Assembly (NCBI RefSeq): GCF_009914755.1
Contig: NC_060931.1
Source: the human T2T-CHM13v2.0 reference genome, Homo sapiens
Reading direction: 5' to 3' (one strand)
DNA length: 64,000 nt
In this document: in pieces, positions 17,893 through 32,895 of the stretch
Layout: the number at the start of each line of letters is the position of its first letter
Position numbering within the stretch: position 1 is the stretch's first letter
Translations under genes and position numbers: made by a program
The notes under the pieces: model-generated
Told to the model about the DNA's origin: nothing
What the model saw: the letters and a program-made list of their open reading frames with translations, nothing else
The model's database searches: none

Positions 17893-18477
17893 TGCAGTTC
17901 AGAATTCTCAGCCCAACATCACAGAAATATATATCCAGCTTTCCCAGGAGACTAAAGCAGATTTATTTGAATAAATTTTGTATCTTTGTTAAAACAACAG
18001 TTATCAACTCATAGTCATAGCTTATAAGTTAATACTGGAAACATTCTATCAACAGTCAAACTGAGACTTAAAACAGAAGACTAGAGAAGGAAGATTTCAT
18101 GATGTGAAGTGAAGAGATGAAATTTAGACATATACATCTTACAAAGCAACAAGAATATTCAGAGTCAAAGAGAGATACAATAATTCTTACCAAATTTTAA
18201 ATCCAAAGCCGAGAAAGAGTGTTTCAGAGATAAGCAAGGTGGAGAAAAGAACACTATACATAATGAAGTGATTTTGAGACTTTTCTTAAATGGAGGAAAA
18301 GGTGACCAATTTTTAAATGCATTCGATAAGTTTTCCAGCCATCTCTTCATTTTAGAACTGAATCCAGTTTTCTGGGAGGCTACCAATGAACTTGGTTCTT
18401 GATAAGGAACAAAACTATTATTAAGTTCTGAAGAAATATGGGGGGGTAGGGAATAGTGAAAGGAATGTCCCATCCCC

Positions 18478-18694
18478 GGCCTGGGCAACATGGCAAAATC
18501 CCATCTCTACAAAAAAATACAGAAATTAGCTGGGTGCAGTGGTGTGTGCCTGTAGTCCCAGCTACTCAGGAGGCTGAGGTGGGAGGATCACTTGAGCCCA
18601 GGAGCTCAAGGCTGTAGTGAGCTATGATTGCACCACTGCACTCCAGCATGGGTGATAGAACAAGACCCTGTCTCAAAAAGAACAACAACAAAAA
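18478..18694 (+). mobile_element. 5'-truncated AluJ
   Basis: Starts at gcctgggcaacatgg; J-type right arm. Confidence 0.85.
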
Positions 18695-18960
18695 AGAATG
18701 TTCCATTCATGTAACATGCAGTTTCTACTAATTTTAAAACTGAGCTACAGTGTTCCTGGCTCATATTTGGAGCAGAGATTTAAACAGCAAAAAAATACCC
18801 TACCAGAGACATGCACAATTAAATTTCAAACTGAAACACAATAAATAGATTTAATTTATTGCCCAATGTGTAATCACTTTTCGTAAATGGAGGTGGGAAT
18901 TCCACATCTAAAGGTCTAGACATTTTAATCTCACCCTCAAGGGAAAAAAATGATACACAC

Positions 18961-19251
18961 GGCCGGGCATGGTGGCTCACGCCTGTAATCCCAGCACTTC
19001 GGGAGGCCGAGGCAGGCGGATCGCCTGAGGTCAGGAGTTGGAAACCAGCCTGGCCACTGTAGTGAAACCCCATCTCTACTGAAAACACAAAAATTAGCCA
19101 GGTGTGGTGGTGTGCGCCTGTAAGCTATTGGGAAGGCTGAGGCAGGAGAATCATTTGAACAGGGAGGCGGAGGTTGCAGTGAGCCGAGATTGTGCCATTG
19201 CACTCCAGCCTGGGCGACAGAGCACGACCACGTCTCAAAAAAAAAAAAAAA
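18961..19251 (+). mobile_element. AluS
   Basis: Full dimer; TSD-like gataca(c/t)ac. Confidence 0.9.
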
Positions 19252-20117
19252 GATACATACAAAACAAGGGAATAATTTCATTTTTCTTATTTTGCATTTC
19301 CATGTCTAGGCACATTCAAAGACTTTTAATGTGATATTATGATGCACATTTGAAATTTTCAAAGACAAGGCATTGTATATTGGCTACCCTTTTATATGGG
19401 CATACTAGGATTACACATTTTGATTCCACTTAAATTTGTACTATATATAAAAGATAGGTAAAATAGGATCCTATACATAGTAACATGGAATTTTTATATT
19501 TTTATACATTCTAAAATCTCCCTAATATTATGATGAAATTATTTCAATATTTTGTTGTTCTTTGTACATATTAATATCCTACGCATCTGTCTCTAAAGAG
19601 TTTTGAAAGAGAATTTATCCACTCAATAGTTAAAATGGTTAAAATGGCAAATTTTATAATGTGTATTTTGCCAAATTTACAAAATGAATAACTGAATATA
19701 CCCAAAACCACTGATATTTACACTTTAAAGGGGCAAATTATATGGTATGTGAATTCTATCTTAATATAGCTGTTTAAAAAAACTTACAGAGCCCTCTTCC
19801 AGAAAAGCTGCCTTGTCAACACTTTGATTACTCATTATGTGAAAATACAAATATTGTTGATTCTGTGTCAAACGGATGATTCAGAAGAGATGGACACTGA
19901 CTGTGAAGAAATGTTAAGAATTCCTTAATCTATTTTTCTTATACTTTTAAATTATGTATATACAAGAATAACACATGCAAAAAATCTATACTTAAATAAG
20001 TGGCTCTTTCAATGTTATAAGTAAAGGTTATAGATAATTAGAAAGCATCAACATTATTTGATTCATAGCATTTTTTCTCTTTTGGTGGTGCACGTAATTG
20101 TAAATCTTACAACTGCA

Positions 20118-20403
20118 TTTTTTTGGTTTTTTTGTTTTTTTGTTTTTGAGACACAGTCTCACTCCGTCACCCAGGCTGGAGTACAGCAGTGCGTCTCCAG
20201 GGCTCAAGCGATCCTCCCACCTCAGCCTCCCAAGTAGCTGAGACCACAGGTGCGTGCCATCATGCCTGGCTTATTTTTCTATCTTTAGGGGAAATAGGTT
20301 CTCACTATGTTGCCCAGGCTGGTTTCAAACTCCTGAGTCAAGCGATCCACCCACCTCAGCCTCCCAAAGTACTGAGATTACACGTATGAGCCACCACACC
20401 CGG
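20118..20403 (-). mobile_element. AluJ
   Basis: Antisense dimer with a small internal deletion. Confidence 0.85.
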
Positions 20404-21195
20404 TTACAATCAATTTTTTTTCTTTTTTGGTGGCACATGTAATTGTACATCTTACAATCAATGTGGTTTCAGATTCTGAGTTGAGACTTAGCAAAAAGGA
20501 GGAAGAAATAGAGACATGGAGCTTCTAATCTCTAAACACCTATGTATACACCACTCCCAGCACTGTATACATACGCCTGTGTTCATACACATGTGGCCCT
20601 TTTCCTAAGCCTCCTGTGAAATCAAACACATTTTCATTCCAATAAAGCAATTTCTGGAAAGTTATAAAAGACACCGGGGAAAGGTATTTAAAATGAATAC
20701 CATTTTGCTAATTAACTGTGTTTGCTATTACAATTACTAAAATAAATGTACTCCCCTTATGTGACGGTATGACAAAGCAGGAATCTGATGGACATATTAT
20801 GTCAATTACTCATTTGAATCCATGACTCAGAGTATTTTAAATATACATATGGAAACCAGAGTCTTTTCATAACCAGACTCTACAAACAAGAAATGTGTGC
20901 CAAGACGTGACAAACACAATCTTAAAAAGCTTCACAGATTTAAATCTTCCATTTAAAGCACAACTTATTTTATCAATGCTTTTATGTAATCCCCAAAATA
21001 CAGCAACACTGAGTTTAAAATTCCAAAGATGTTTTCTGGTTTCAATGATGGAAATTGCTTGTCCTGTCTACAATAAACACACACAGTAGGACACAAAACT
21101 TCAAAGAGAAAATTCATATATTGATGGAGACAATTTTTGAAATTTTCTTGTCATATATGAAAAGCAATTTGTGATGGATATCTCCGGGCCACAAC

Positions 21196-21492
21196 TTTTC
21201 TTTTTTTTTTTTTGAGATGGAGTCTCAGTCTGTCACCCAGGCTAGAATGCAGTGGTGCGATCTCAGCTCACTGCAGCCTCTGCCTCCCGGGTTCAAGCAA
21301 TTCTCGTGCCTCAGCCTCCCAAGGGATTACATGCGTGCGTCACCACGCCTGGGTAATTTTTGTATTTTTAGTAGAGATGGGGTTTCACAATGTTGGCCAG
21401 GCTGGTCTAGAACTCCTGACCTCAAGTGATCCGCCTGCCTCGGCCTCCCAAAGTGCTGCGATTATGGGCATGAACCATGGTGCCCCGCCGGG
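21196..21492 (-). mobile_element. AluS
   Basis: Antisense dimer; TSD-like aacttttc. Confidence 0.9.
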
Positions 21493-23936
21493 ACACATAA
21501 CTTTTCAACTGGAAGAAAAGTATTCTAAAACGTTATATTTTTACAATAACTTAAGAATCATTTTGGTCACTATAGAGGTAACATATGCTCATAGAAATCA
21601 GAAGAAATAAATAGTAATAAAAGTATCCATGATCTCACTACCCAGCTATAACTGCTATTACTACTTTTTCCTCTAGAGCCTTTCTGTCTTTATCAGGGAA
21701 AGGACAGTGAAATGGCTAAGTGCCTGGTTCTGGAGCCTCACTCCCAGGTTGAAACCCCCCTCTTCCACTTACTAACCCACGTGATCTTGGGCAAGAGTCA
21801 AAATCTCTATGCATCATCTGTAAAATAGGAATAGTAGTAATACCTACTTGATCGGATTTTTAATGTAATTATCCTGCCCATACGGTTTTGCTACCTGCCA
21901 CTGTCACTTAATAGAATGTGTGAACGGTTTCCATGTCATTAGATATTCTCACATAAAATGTTTAAGGGCTGCAATTATTCCGATACATGGCTGTTCCATA
22001 ATGTATTAAGATCCCTAGTGCTAGGCATTTAAACTGCTTCCAATTTTCTGCTATTATACAACAAGCAGTTATATGAGGAGAGTAGGAATGATTGGAAGCT
22101 GGGGATCCCACATTACAGTGGCAATGACAGCAATAGGGGCTTCACGCAGACCAGGCTGTTTGCCTATGACCAGGATGCTGGTTTCCTGGTCACCCAAGCT
22201 ACCTTGCTTCTTGCTTTTTCCCAAGTTTGGTGCCCAGCCACTGGCTCTTCTAGGCGCTCCTAGCAGCCTTCCAATTAATTTTCTTAAGCCTAAATGAGCC
22301 AAAGTCAGTTTCTGTTGCCTGTAACCAAAACACCCTTCTGATAGAAAAGATAATCATTCTCTTCTATATATATCCCATTAATTTCAAAATGGACTCAACA
22401 AGAACCTGTGATACACACACAGGTGTACACATGCACATGCACGTGAATAAGCTACACAACCAACCTTCACAATCTGCCACATCCCAAGAAGCAGCCAGTG
22501 AAACTAGACAGCTACAATGCAAAGCGCAAATTCTCTCTGAAAGAAAGACATTTTTATCACAACGAAAATTCCACTGTGAGAGTCTTCATGCACTTACGAG
22601 CTTGAGATGCTATACTTTCACTAATGCAAAATTATATAGAATACATAAGCTACAGAAAGGCTAATCTTTCTCGAAGGAAAAAAAATCAATTACACATTAT
22701 ACCCAAACACAAACACTAAAACAACAACCACTACTACTAATTACTAACAATTACACACTACTCTATACTATATGCCAGGTACTGTTGTAAACCCTTTTCA
22801 TGTTAATCTTCTAATCTAATTCTTGAAATTAATCTATCATAGGGACTAGTCTTATCCCATGTTATAGGTGAGAAAACTGAGGCATCAGAGAGACTGAGTA
22901 GCTTTGCCCAAGATAACACAGCTATTAAAGATTTGAACCCAGGCAATCTAGCTTCAAATCTATGTTCTTTACCACCATATATACTGTTTCTTGATTTTTC
23001 TCTTATAATGACAGATTTTTGCATTCTACTCATATATTAAATTTTGGCTGTGTGTGTCACAGAGGGGCCTAAACGGCCAGAGGATATTTATCACACAGTT
23101 GGATGAAGACTCTCTATATCGCCTATCCCACTAAGACTACAATTCCAGTCCACAGAGTGACTATCATTCCCCTTCTCCCAACACATTTTGCCAAGTGCTA
23201 TTCTACTTCCAAGCCTTTGCTCAATCTATTTGCATTACTTAAAATGCCCTCCCAATCCGTCATCCCTTTGCCTATTTCCAACCAATCATGCCAGGCCAAG
23301 TTCACATGCCACATCCTACACAAACCTTCCTCAAATCCCTCCAGCTGGAATCAATCTGCCTCTCTCCATACTTCTGTGATTCTCTTCACCATTCCATCTT
23401 TCCCTTCCCAATGTAAAATTCTACAAAGCAGGGACTACATCTGGTCAATTCTCCCTTTTTATTTGATATCCTCTATGGTACAGAAAAAGGTTATTGCCAA
23501 AAGTAGTTGTTCAATCAACAACTACTGAAGTTAAGAACATTGGGGTGTTAAAGCCTTCTCTGCCAAAATGCAACCCCAAGGAGGCAAACTGGAAAATATC
23601 AAAGATTGAGAAAAATTCACCCTATCATGAAACTACTATAAGCCCCCCTGTAAACCTATATCTAAAAACCTATCATTAAGATACACTGTGGTTTGTGAAA
23701 TTTCAGCATTTATTCCAGTAGGTCCTTTTATGGTCTGAATGTGCACACTGTGTGAAATGAAGGAGGAAATTTTTTGGGAAACTATTTAAAATATTTGGTA
23801 AATACTGGGAACACAAGGTCACATGAACTACAAGGAAAAGGCCTGAAACTCGCTAGTACTTTCATAAGCAGTGTGGGTGCTAACTGCAAGCAAGTCAGAC
23901 AGGTGGCCAGCCTCTGTCTTTAACAATTCCATTGTT

Positions 23937-24057
23937 GCCGGGAGCAGTGGTGTATGCCTGTAATCCCAACCGCTCAGGAGGCAGAGGCAGGATCGCTTGA
24001 GCCTGGGAGTTCAAATCCAGCCTGGGCAATATAGCGAGACCTTGTCTCTTGAAAAAA
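23937..24057 (+). mobile_element. FLAM_A-like Alu monomer
   Basis: Single left-type monomer; TSD-like aattcca(t/g)tg. Confidence 0.75.
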
Positions 24058-24549
24058 CAGAAAAGAGAATTCCAGTGCCTTCTCCGACCTCTTTTTTTCC
24101 CCCTTCAGTTGGTTTTTCCCAAGTGATTTAAGGATTGAATCAAAGCTAAGCAGCTCTTTGCTTGTTTCGTTAGCAGCTCATGACTGCATTAATCACAGGC
24201 ACTACTGCGGTGAAGATGAAATATTCCTTTTGCATTTTCCCCAAGTAAGTGTGGAAAGATGTAGGAAGAAATCCAAAGGTAGTTATAATTATTAACCAGA
24301 TGGAAATAACACATCGTAGATTCTGTGATGTTTTTGGTAAAAGTACATTCATGTGTCACCAGAAGGAACAAGATTGAACAAAGATGACTCACTGCCCTTA
24401 GCACCTGCATAGCAGACGTAGAGAGTTCCCATCACCTCTGTAGCAAGGGTGTGAAATTGAAATCTACCCTCATTAATTCTTCTGCCACTACAAAGGACCC
24501 TCACCATGGGGAGCCTCTTATAGAAAGCATTCTTTTCTGGAAAACTTTG

Positions 24550-24740
24550 TATATTTCAAAATAACTTAAAGAATATAAGTGGATTATTTGTAACTCAAAG
24601 GATAAATGCTTCAGGGGATGGATACTCCATTCTCCACAATGTGCTTATTTCACATTGCCTGCCTGTATCAAAACATCTCATGTACCTCATAAATATATAC
24701 ACCTACTATGTACCCACAAAAATTTTAAAAGATAATAAAA
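24550..24740 (+). mobile_element. L1MA-type 3' end fragment
   Basis: aaaggataaatgctt..ggggatggata..aaatatatacacctactatgtacccacaaaaatt. Confidence 0.8.
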
Positions 24741-25530
24741 TTTTTGTAATTGTCACCAAAAACAAACGAACAAAAAAGACACTGACATTAAGATATTTCT
24801 GATTGGGCTTCATTGATTCCTTAAGATCCAGACTCATGAGGAGCTCCTAGAAATCGCTCGGACCTAACACAACTGACAAATGGGAAACAACCATTCTTGA
24901 ACACAGAGAAAGTTGAGCGTCAACCTCCAGCCATTCTCACTGCAAACGATCTTTCTGTCCTATTTGCAGGGTTACCCTGCACTAAACAGCATACAGTTAC
25001 AGGAAGCAAGAAATATTAAGCTCCTCCCAGGCTTCTCGGAGCCAGTCCCAGGGTGGTATTAAGTGGCATTCCCGGAGAAAAGAAGTTGCTCTTAATGCAA
25101 CCTCACACGTGATCGATCTTTTGACCATTAGTAACACCAACAGCATATGGAGACATCTTATTGTTCACCTAAACAGCCAGCCTGTTGGCATATATACACA
25201 CCTGACCCAGAAACTAGGTGACAAGTATCCCAAACGTGTGAAAAGCATGGAAAGTGAAGTTGCTGACCTAATTTGCCTATGTGAGAACCCTTTCAAAAGT
25301 CATTCTTCTTAAAATCTCATTTATAACAGACATCTCTGAACTCACAAGTTTAAGAAAATCCCTTGAAAGTATGCAAAAACCACGAACAGAACAAACCTCA
25401 TCACACTGTAATGAAATTCACAACCTACTCACAACATAAAGAACACTTGGCCATTGTTGCTGTGCAGAGCCTTAACAACTGGTCCATACCAGGCATTCCC
25501 TGTTACGCCCTTGCACTAAAGACTTGCAAT

Positions 25531-26018
<488 letters not shown>

Positions 26019-26281
26019 TCAATTCCATCACTAGACACACAGCTGCAAGCCTAAAGTAATATGCACACTTTAAATCAAGGAAGAAGTTTAGTAAGAAGGC
26101 TCTTAGTAACCTTCTGAGCATAACAGAATGGAATTCAGTATTGACAAGAGTAACAAATTTGTGGCGTGACCGGAAATTTGGAAGAGGTTGAGTTTTCCTA
26201 ATATGATATTAAGCTAATGCATCGTGTTGAAAGTCATTCTGTACACCCAGAAGTGACATGTTAAGGGAATAGCATGATTCC

Positions 26282-27035
26282 TGATGTGCAGTTATTTACC
26301 CACGTTCTTTCCTCTCCAAGCCTACTCTGCTATACTCTCTCTATAACGCTGGGGCTAGAGTTTCACCAACTTACCTAGGTTTTCCAGACCCCTGTTGGCT
26401 GACTCCCTGTTAACTTCTGCCAACAGGAAGTCCTAGAGAGAGGATGGAAGATGACAGGAGAGAAAAAGGGACTTCCTTCCTAGTTTCCTATTTCTGTCAG
26501 TATGCCACCAGCAGCAGCAGATGGTGGTTCCAGCCCCCATCTTCCGTTGTCACTCTTAGTGCCAGCCTCGCCACACCCCCTCACAGACACCGGCAAGCCG
26601 CAGGGCTTAGCCCCAGGTTGTCCTCAGGCTATACTGTGTTCACTCCCTCACTGGCTGGCTCCCAAACGCTGACCAGATGGGAGCCCTCTCAGTTGACTTG
26701 GCACCCACCAGGTCACAAACCCTCCCTAGGGGTTCAAACACTCACTGAGCTGCACCCACACCCTCAAACATCTGTACAGCAGTTCTGCAGTGCCTCTCTC
26801 GGAGGCCTGGAGACCAGCCCCACAGGAGCCCTGCACCAAGCTCCAAAACTGTGGTAACACCATCTCTTATTTTTCCCCAGCCCTGGAAGTGACAGTGTCT
26901 GCACTATCCTAGTACCCCATTTCCTTTGTATTTTGTCAGCCTTTGAACTCGTATATAACCCAATCCTCATATTCAATCTCTTCCATCTGAAATGCCTGGA
27001 GTAGTTTGTTTTTCTGACTGGACTCTGAGTGAGTC
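26282..27035 (+). mobile_element. ERVL LTR, LTR41-like
   Basis: ctctgctatactct..gctggggct..ttctgccaa..; end ctgaaatgcctggagtagtttgtttttctgactggactctga. Confidence 0.55.
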
Positions 27036-27039
27036 ACCA

Positions 27040-28750
27040 AAGATAACGAAAAAGCATTTGATAAAATTCGACATCCAAGTATGATTTTTTTAAACTTAAT
27101 ACAAGAAAAAGATATAAATGTTTTCTCCACATGATAAAATATACATATTTCAATTCAAAAGCTAATATCTCGCTTCATGGACAAACATTAAGACACATTT
27201 CCATCAAAGCCAAGAGCAAACAAGGACATCCCTCAAACCAGCAACACATAGTACATAGTACACAGACTCCTTTGTACTGTAGAAGAGTGTTGGGATGCAC
27301 TAATGACTCAACAGAATAAGAAAAAGAGCTAGAAATAAAAAATGAGGTCCTGAAACATTGTTCATTGATATGATTATCAGGAAAATATACTGAAAAACTA
27401 TTATAAAGAATAAGAATAATTCAGTAAGATAACTGGGAACACAATTAGAATACTGAAAACAACAACCTTTGTATCTACAGGCAATCTTAGTTCACAGATG
27501 TGGTAAAGATCTCATTTAAAGCAACAGTGAAAAAAGATAAAATTCCTAGAAATAAACTTTAGAAATAAAACCATATGAAGAAAGTTTTATATATGAAGGG
27601 TTGAACAAATGGAGAAACATAACAAGTTCTTGGATAAAAAGATGCAACATAAAATCAGTTCTTTCCAAATTAATCTAGGAATTTAACACAATCCTGTGAA
27701 AATATTTATGGAATTTTTCTTGGGGAAGAATCAGGGAACTAGATATCAAGAGCTAGCTCACAGGAAATAAACATAAACAGCCCGTGAATATATGAAAGGA
27801 CCCTCAACCTCACTCAAGAGAGATGCAGATTAAACCTACAATAAGATGCCATCTCTCACCTATCAGACTGGCAAAAATCCAAGTTTGACAATCTATTGAA
27901 AAGATGATGCAGAAACAGACTGGAACAAATGCAAAATGTTACAACACCTACGTAGGGAAGTCCAGCCATATCTATCATATCTTTTTAAATGCATGTGCCG
28001 TTTAACTCAGCAATCTTACTCTGGCAATGTCGTCCATAGACAAACTGGCACATGTAAAGAAATGACATGCATGGGGCTACTTAGCACATCACTGAGGAAC
28101 AAAGGCCTGGAAAAAGCCGAAGTGATCCAGCAACACAGTACTGACTGAGTAAATTCTGGTAAATACACAGCCATGAAAAAGGATGAGAGCGGTCCCCAGG
28201 AAAATAGTACATGACAAAAACAATACACAAGTGGTAGACATAGGGTGCCGCCTTTTGTGTAAAAAGGGAGTTAACAAGTATTTTAGCATTTGCTTGTATT
28301 TGCATGTTGAGAACCATGGAAGGATCAATAAGAAACTAATAAAATAGCTACCAACTGCAGGTGCAAGACTTACTGAGTACTCCTTTTTATAGCACTTTGA
28401 TTTTTGAACCAGTTCAATATATTACCCTAGTCAAGAGGTAGTGGTAATAACTAATAAATAAATTTTAAAGGCCAAGAATAATGGAATAAAGGTCAATGAT
28501 ACAAAAAGGCAGTTCAGTGGAAAACCAAATACGAATGACACCTAAAAAGATGTTTATCCAAAATCATAAGAGAAAAACCAATAAACCAAAAAGAGATGGC
28601 ATGTATCCATCAATTTGTGAAGATCAAGAAATTTGATACTAAGTAGTGTTGATGATGGTATAGAGAAACAGCCACTCTCAGACATTGCTGGTAGGCATAT
28701 AAACTAAAATAATCTCTATGAAGAGCTATTTAGCAAATTTCAATTTAAAT
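27040..28750 (+). mobile_element. Highly diverged L1 (L1ME-like) ORF2 and 3' fragments
   Basis: aaaagcatttgataaaattc and agatgcagattaaacctacaataagatgccatctctcacctatcagactggcaaaaat motifs. Confidence 0.7.
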
Positions 28751-30862
28751 TAATTTTAAATAAATTTCTTTTCTTTATAAATTACCCAGTCTATGGTATT
28801 CTGTTATGGCACCAGACAATGGACTAAGACAGTAGAGAACACCAAGTCTGTCACTCTATTAAAAACAATGAATAACTGGCAAAAACTGCCAGAATCAACT
28901 GTTTCAGAACACTGGGAAATAATCAAAAGCTTACTACAAGCAAGGGAACACCTAATACAAAATAAACAGCTAAGAGAGAGTCATGGAATTTTAATTTACC
29001 CTGGTCCCATCCACTCCCCAGTTCAGCAGCAGCCTTGAAGGCAACAGCTAACATTCCAGTACAGGTACCTAGTACCACAGGGAGCAGAACATATCTTATT
29101 CTCAAAGAATTGTGGTTGACTGATTTGACCTGTCTAGTGGCTCCCTGAAGAACTGGCTCAAAGGATATGCCTGTCTTTTGCCTAACTCAGAACTCTCCCA
29201 GGGCTAAGGTAGATATCAAGGGTAGAAGTGTGGGAGTGGTAGAGGTCTACAGGGGAGGAGAGGTGGGGTGTAGGGGCATGCATTTGTTGAAAACATTTAA
29301 TGTACTCATTGCTATTACCTGGGGCAAGAGACAAACAATGGACTAATGTAAACACTTGGGAGGAAAGGCTAAGGAATGAGATACTTTAGGGAATATGGGC
29401 TTCATTTGAAGAGCTCCTACATATTTTTGTGAATCAAGAAAGTCACATGCATGCCACAACTGGGTGCATGCTCAGAAAAGACCTAAGAGGGCCCTAAGCT
29501 CCTACCTCTGGCTGACTTTCAGGATCTTTGCAAACAGGAAGTAAAAACTAAGACAGAGTTGTAAAATGCCTGGCTGCACCTTGAAGGCGTGCCTCACAAC
29601 ATACACACAGCCCATCTGCAAAGACTGGGGGGTTTCTGTTGTTGTTGTTGTCATTCCAGACGTGTAAATAAATCTCTAGTGATTCATCAGCTGACCACTA
29701 AGCTAGTGGAAGAGAGGCCTCTGTGGCCACACATGACAAAGGATACAGACTTCACAAAATTAGTTCAGAAAAGTCCTAAATGAACAAGGCATAGCTATAA
29801 CAAGCAGCAACAATCCACAGGGAGGGGGAGCATCTCATTTCCTAAGTTACCACATTATAATATACAAAAAATCCAGTTTGGAACAAAAAAATTACAAGAC
29901 ATAAACAAAAAACTATGGCCTATACCCAGAAAAAAGAAATTAACAGAAATTGCCCCTGAGGAAGCCTAGTCACTGGACTTACTAGACAAAGACTATTTAA
30001 ATCAATGGTCCTAAATATGCTTGAAGAGCTAAAAACAAAAACAAAAGCCAGGTCTAAAGAACTAATGGAAACCATGAGAACAGTGTCTCAACAAATACAG
30101 AATATCAACAAAGTGACAAAAATTATAAAAAAGCAATCAAATAAAAATTCTGGGTTTGAAAAGTACAATAATGTAAATTAAAAATTCACGAGAGGCTCAA
30201 CAGCAGATTTGAACAGGTAAAAAATGAAGTCATGAGAATAGATAAACCTGAGAATAGGTAACTTGAGGTTTTCTGGCTTGATGAACAGAAATAAAAAAAA
30301 ATTTTTTTTAAATAAAGAGAGTCTAAGAAGTCTGTGGAATACCATCTGGCATAACATAAGCATAATAGGAATCCCAGAATGAGAGAAGAGAAAGGAGCAG
30401 GAAAATTATTTTTAAAAATAATGACTGCAAGTGTCCCAAACTTGATGAAAAACATGAATCTACACATTCAAGAAGCTAAACAAACTTTTAAGTAAGATAA
30501 ATTCAAAGGGATACACACAGGAACACATTATAATCAAATTGTTATACGACAAAGACAAAGAGAGAATCCTGAAAACAGCAAGAGAGAAACAACTAATCAT
30601 GTAGAAGGCATCCTCAATAAAAGTCACATCTGACATCGCATCAGAAACCATAGAGCCAAAGGCAATGGAATTATATATTCAAATTACTAAAAGAAAAGCA
30701 TTGTCAACCAAAAATTCTATATGTGCCAGAACTATCCTTCAAATACAAAGGAGAAATGAAGACATTACAAAGCTAAAAACCAAGAAAGTTTGTAGATAGT
30801 AAACCTGCTCTACAAGAAATGCTGAGGGGAGTCTTTCAAGCTGAAACAAAAGAACATTAGAC

Positions 30863-31201
<339 letters not shown>

Positions 31202-32613
31202 CTAATAAAGGAAAATATATAGGCAAATTTAAAAAAGGAATAGTAATGTTATTTTTGGCTTGTAACTCTTCTTTTTAAAATATGATTTAACAGATGGCTG
31301 CATAAAAATTATTACAAATACACACTGATGAGCACATAATGTATAAAGATATAATCTGTGACAATAACAAGATAAAGTGGTGGACAGAACTATATAAGAG
31401 CAAAGTTTTTATATATCATTGAAACTAAGTTGGTATTAAGTTAAACTAGATTGTTATAAATTAAGATGTTAATTGTAAACCACGGGGCAACCACTAAGAA
31501 AATACTATTTAAATTTGTACTAAAGGGAATTAAAATAATACACTAGAAAATATTTACTTAACATAAACAGGAGATTACTTTTAGATCCAATTACACAAAT
31601 AGGTTGAAAATAGAAGGATAGAAAAGGATAACCCATGCAAACAGTAACCAACTGCAGTGGCTATATTAATATCGGATAAAACAGACTTTAAGACAAAAAT
31701 TGTTATAAGGGACAAAGAAAAACCTTATATAATGATAAAAGAGTCAAACCATCAAGAAGATACAACAATTATAAGCATATATGAACCTAACAATAGAGCC
31801 CCAAATATATGAGGAAAAAAACTAACAAAATTGAGGGAGAAATAGCTCTACAATAATTGTTGGAGACAGCAATACTCCATTTTCAATAACAACAGAACAA
31901 CTAAACAGAAGATCAACAAGAAAACAGAAGACTTAAAAAATACTATAAAGCAACTATACCTAACGGACATATACAGGACAGTTTACCCAACAGTAGCAGA
32001 AAGTGTATTCTTCTCAAGCACATGTGGAACATTCTTTAGGATACATATTAGGCCACAAAACAAGTCTTAATAAATTTTAAAAGAATGAAGTAATACACAG
32101 TATCTTCTGCATCCATACTGGAATAAAATTAGAAATCAATAACAGAAGGAAATTTGGAATTTACAAAAATGTGAACTTATACACTGTTAATCAATAGGTC
32201 AAGAAAAAAATGACAAGAGAAATTAGAAAATACTTTGAGAAGAATGAGAATGAAAATACAACATATCAAAATGTGTGGCATATAACAAAAGCAGTGAAGA
32301 GAACAAAATTCATAGCTATAAATGCATATATTGAAATAGGAAGACCTGAAATCAATAACCTAAACTTCCATCTCAAGGAATTAGAAAAAGAACAGCAAAT
32401 TCAACCCAAAGCAAGCAGAAGAAAGGAAATATTAAAGATTAGAGCACAGATAAGTGAAATAGAGAATAAAGCAGCAATACAGAGAATTAAGAAAATCAAA
32501 AGTTGGTTCTTTGAAAAGATCAATAAAACTAACAAATCTTTAGATAGACTGACCAAGGAAAAAGGAGAGAAGATTTCAATCACTAGAAATAAAAAAATGA
32601 AAGTGGGGACACG

Positions 32614-32895
32614 GGCCAGTGCAGTGGCTCATGTCTGTAATCCCAGCACTTTGCGAGGCTGAAGCGAGTGGATCACCTGAGCTCAGGAGTTTTGAGACTA
32701 GCCTGACAACACAGTGAAACCCTGTCTCTACAAAAAAGACAAAAATTAGCTGGGTGTGGTGACACACACCTGTAATCCCAGCTACTTGGGAGGCTGAGGT
32801 GCGGGGATCACTTGAGCCTGGGTGGCTGAAGCTGCAGTGAGCTGAGATCATACCACTGACAGAGTGAGACCCTGTCTTGAAAGAAATAGAGAGAA
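32614..32895 (+). mobile_element. AluJ nested in L1
   Basis: Dimer with a short deletion near the 3' end. Confidence 0.85.
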
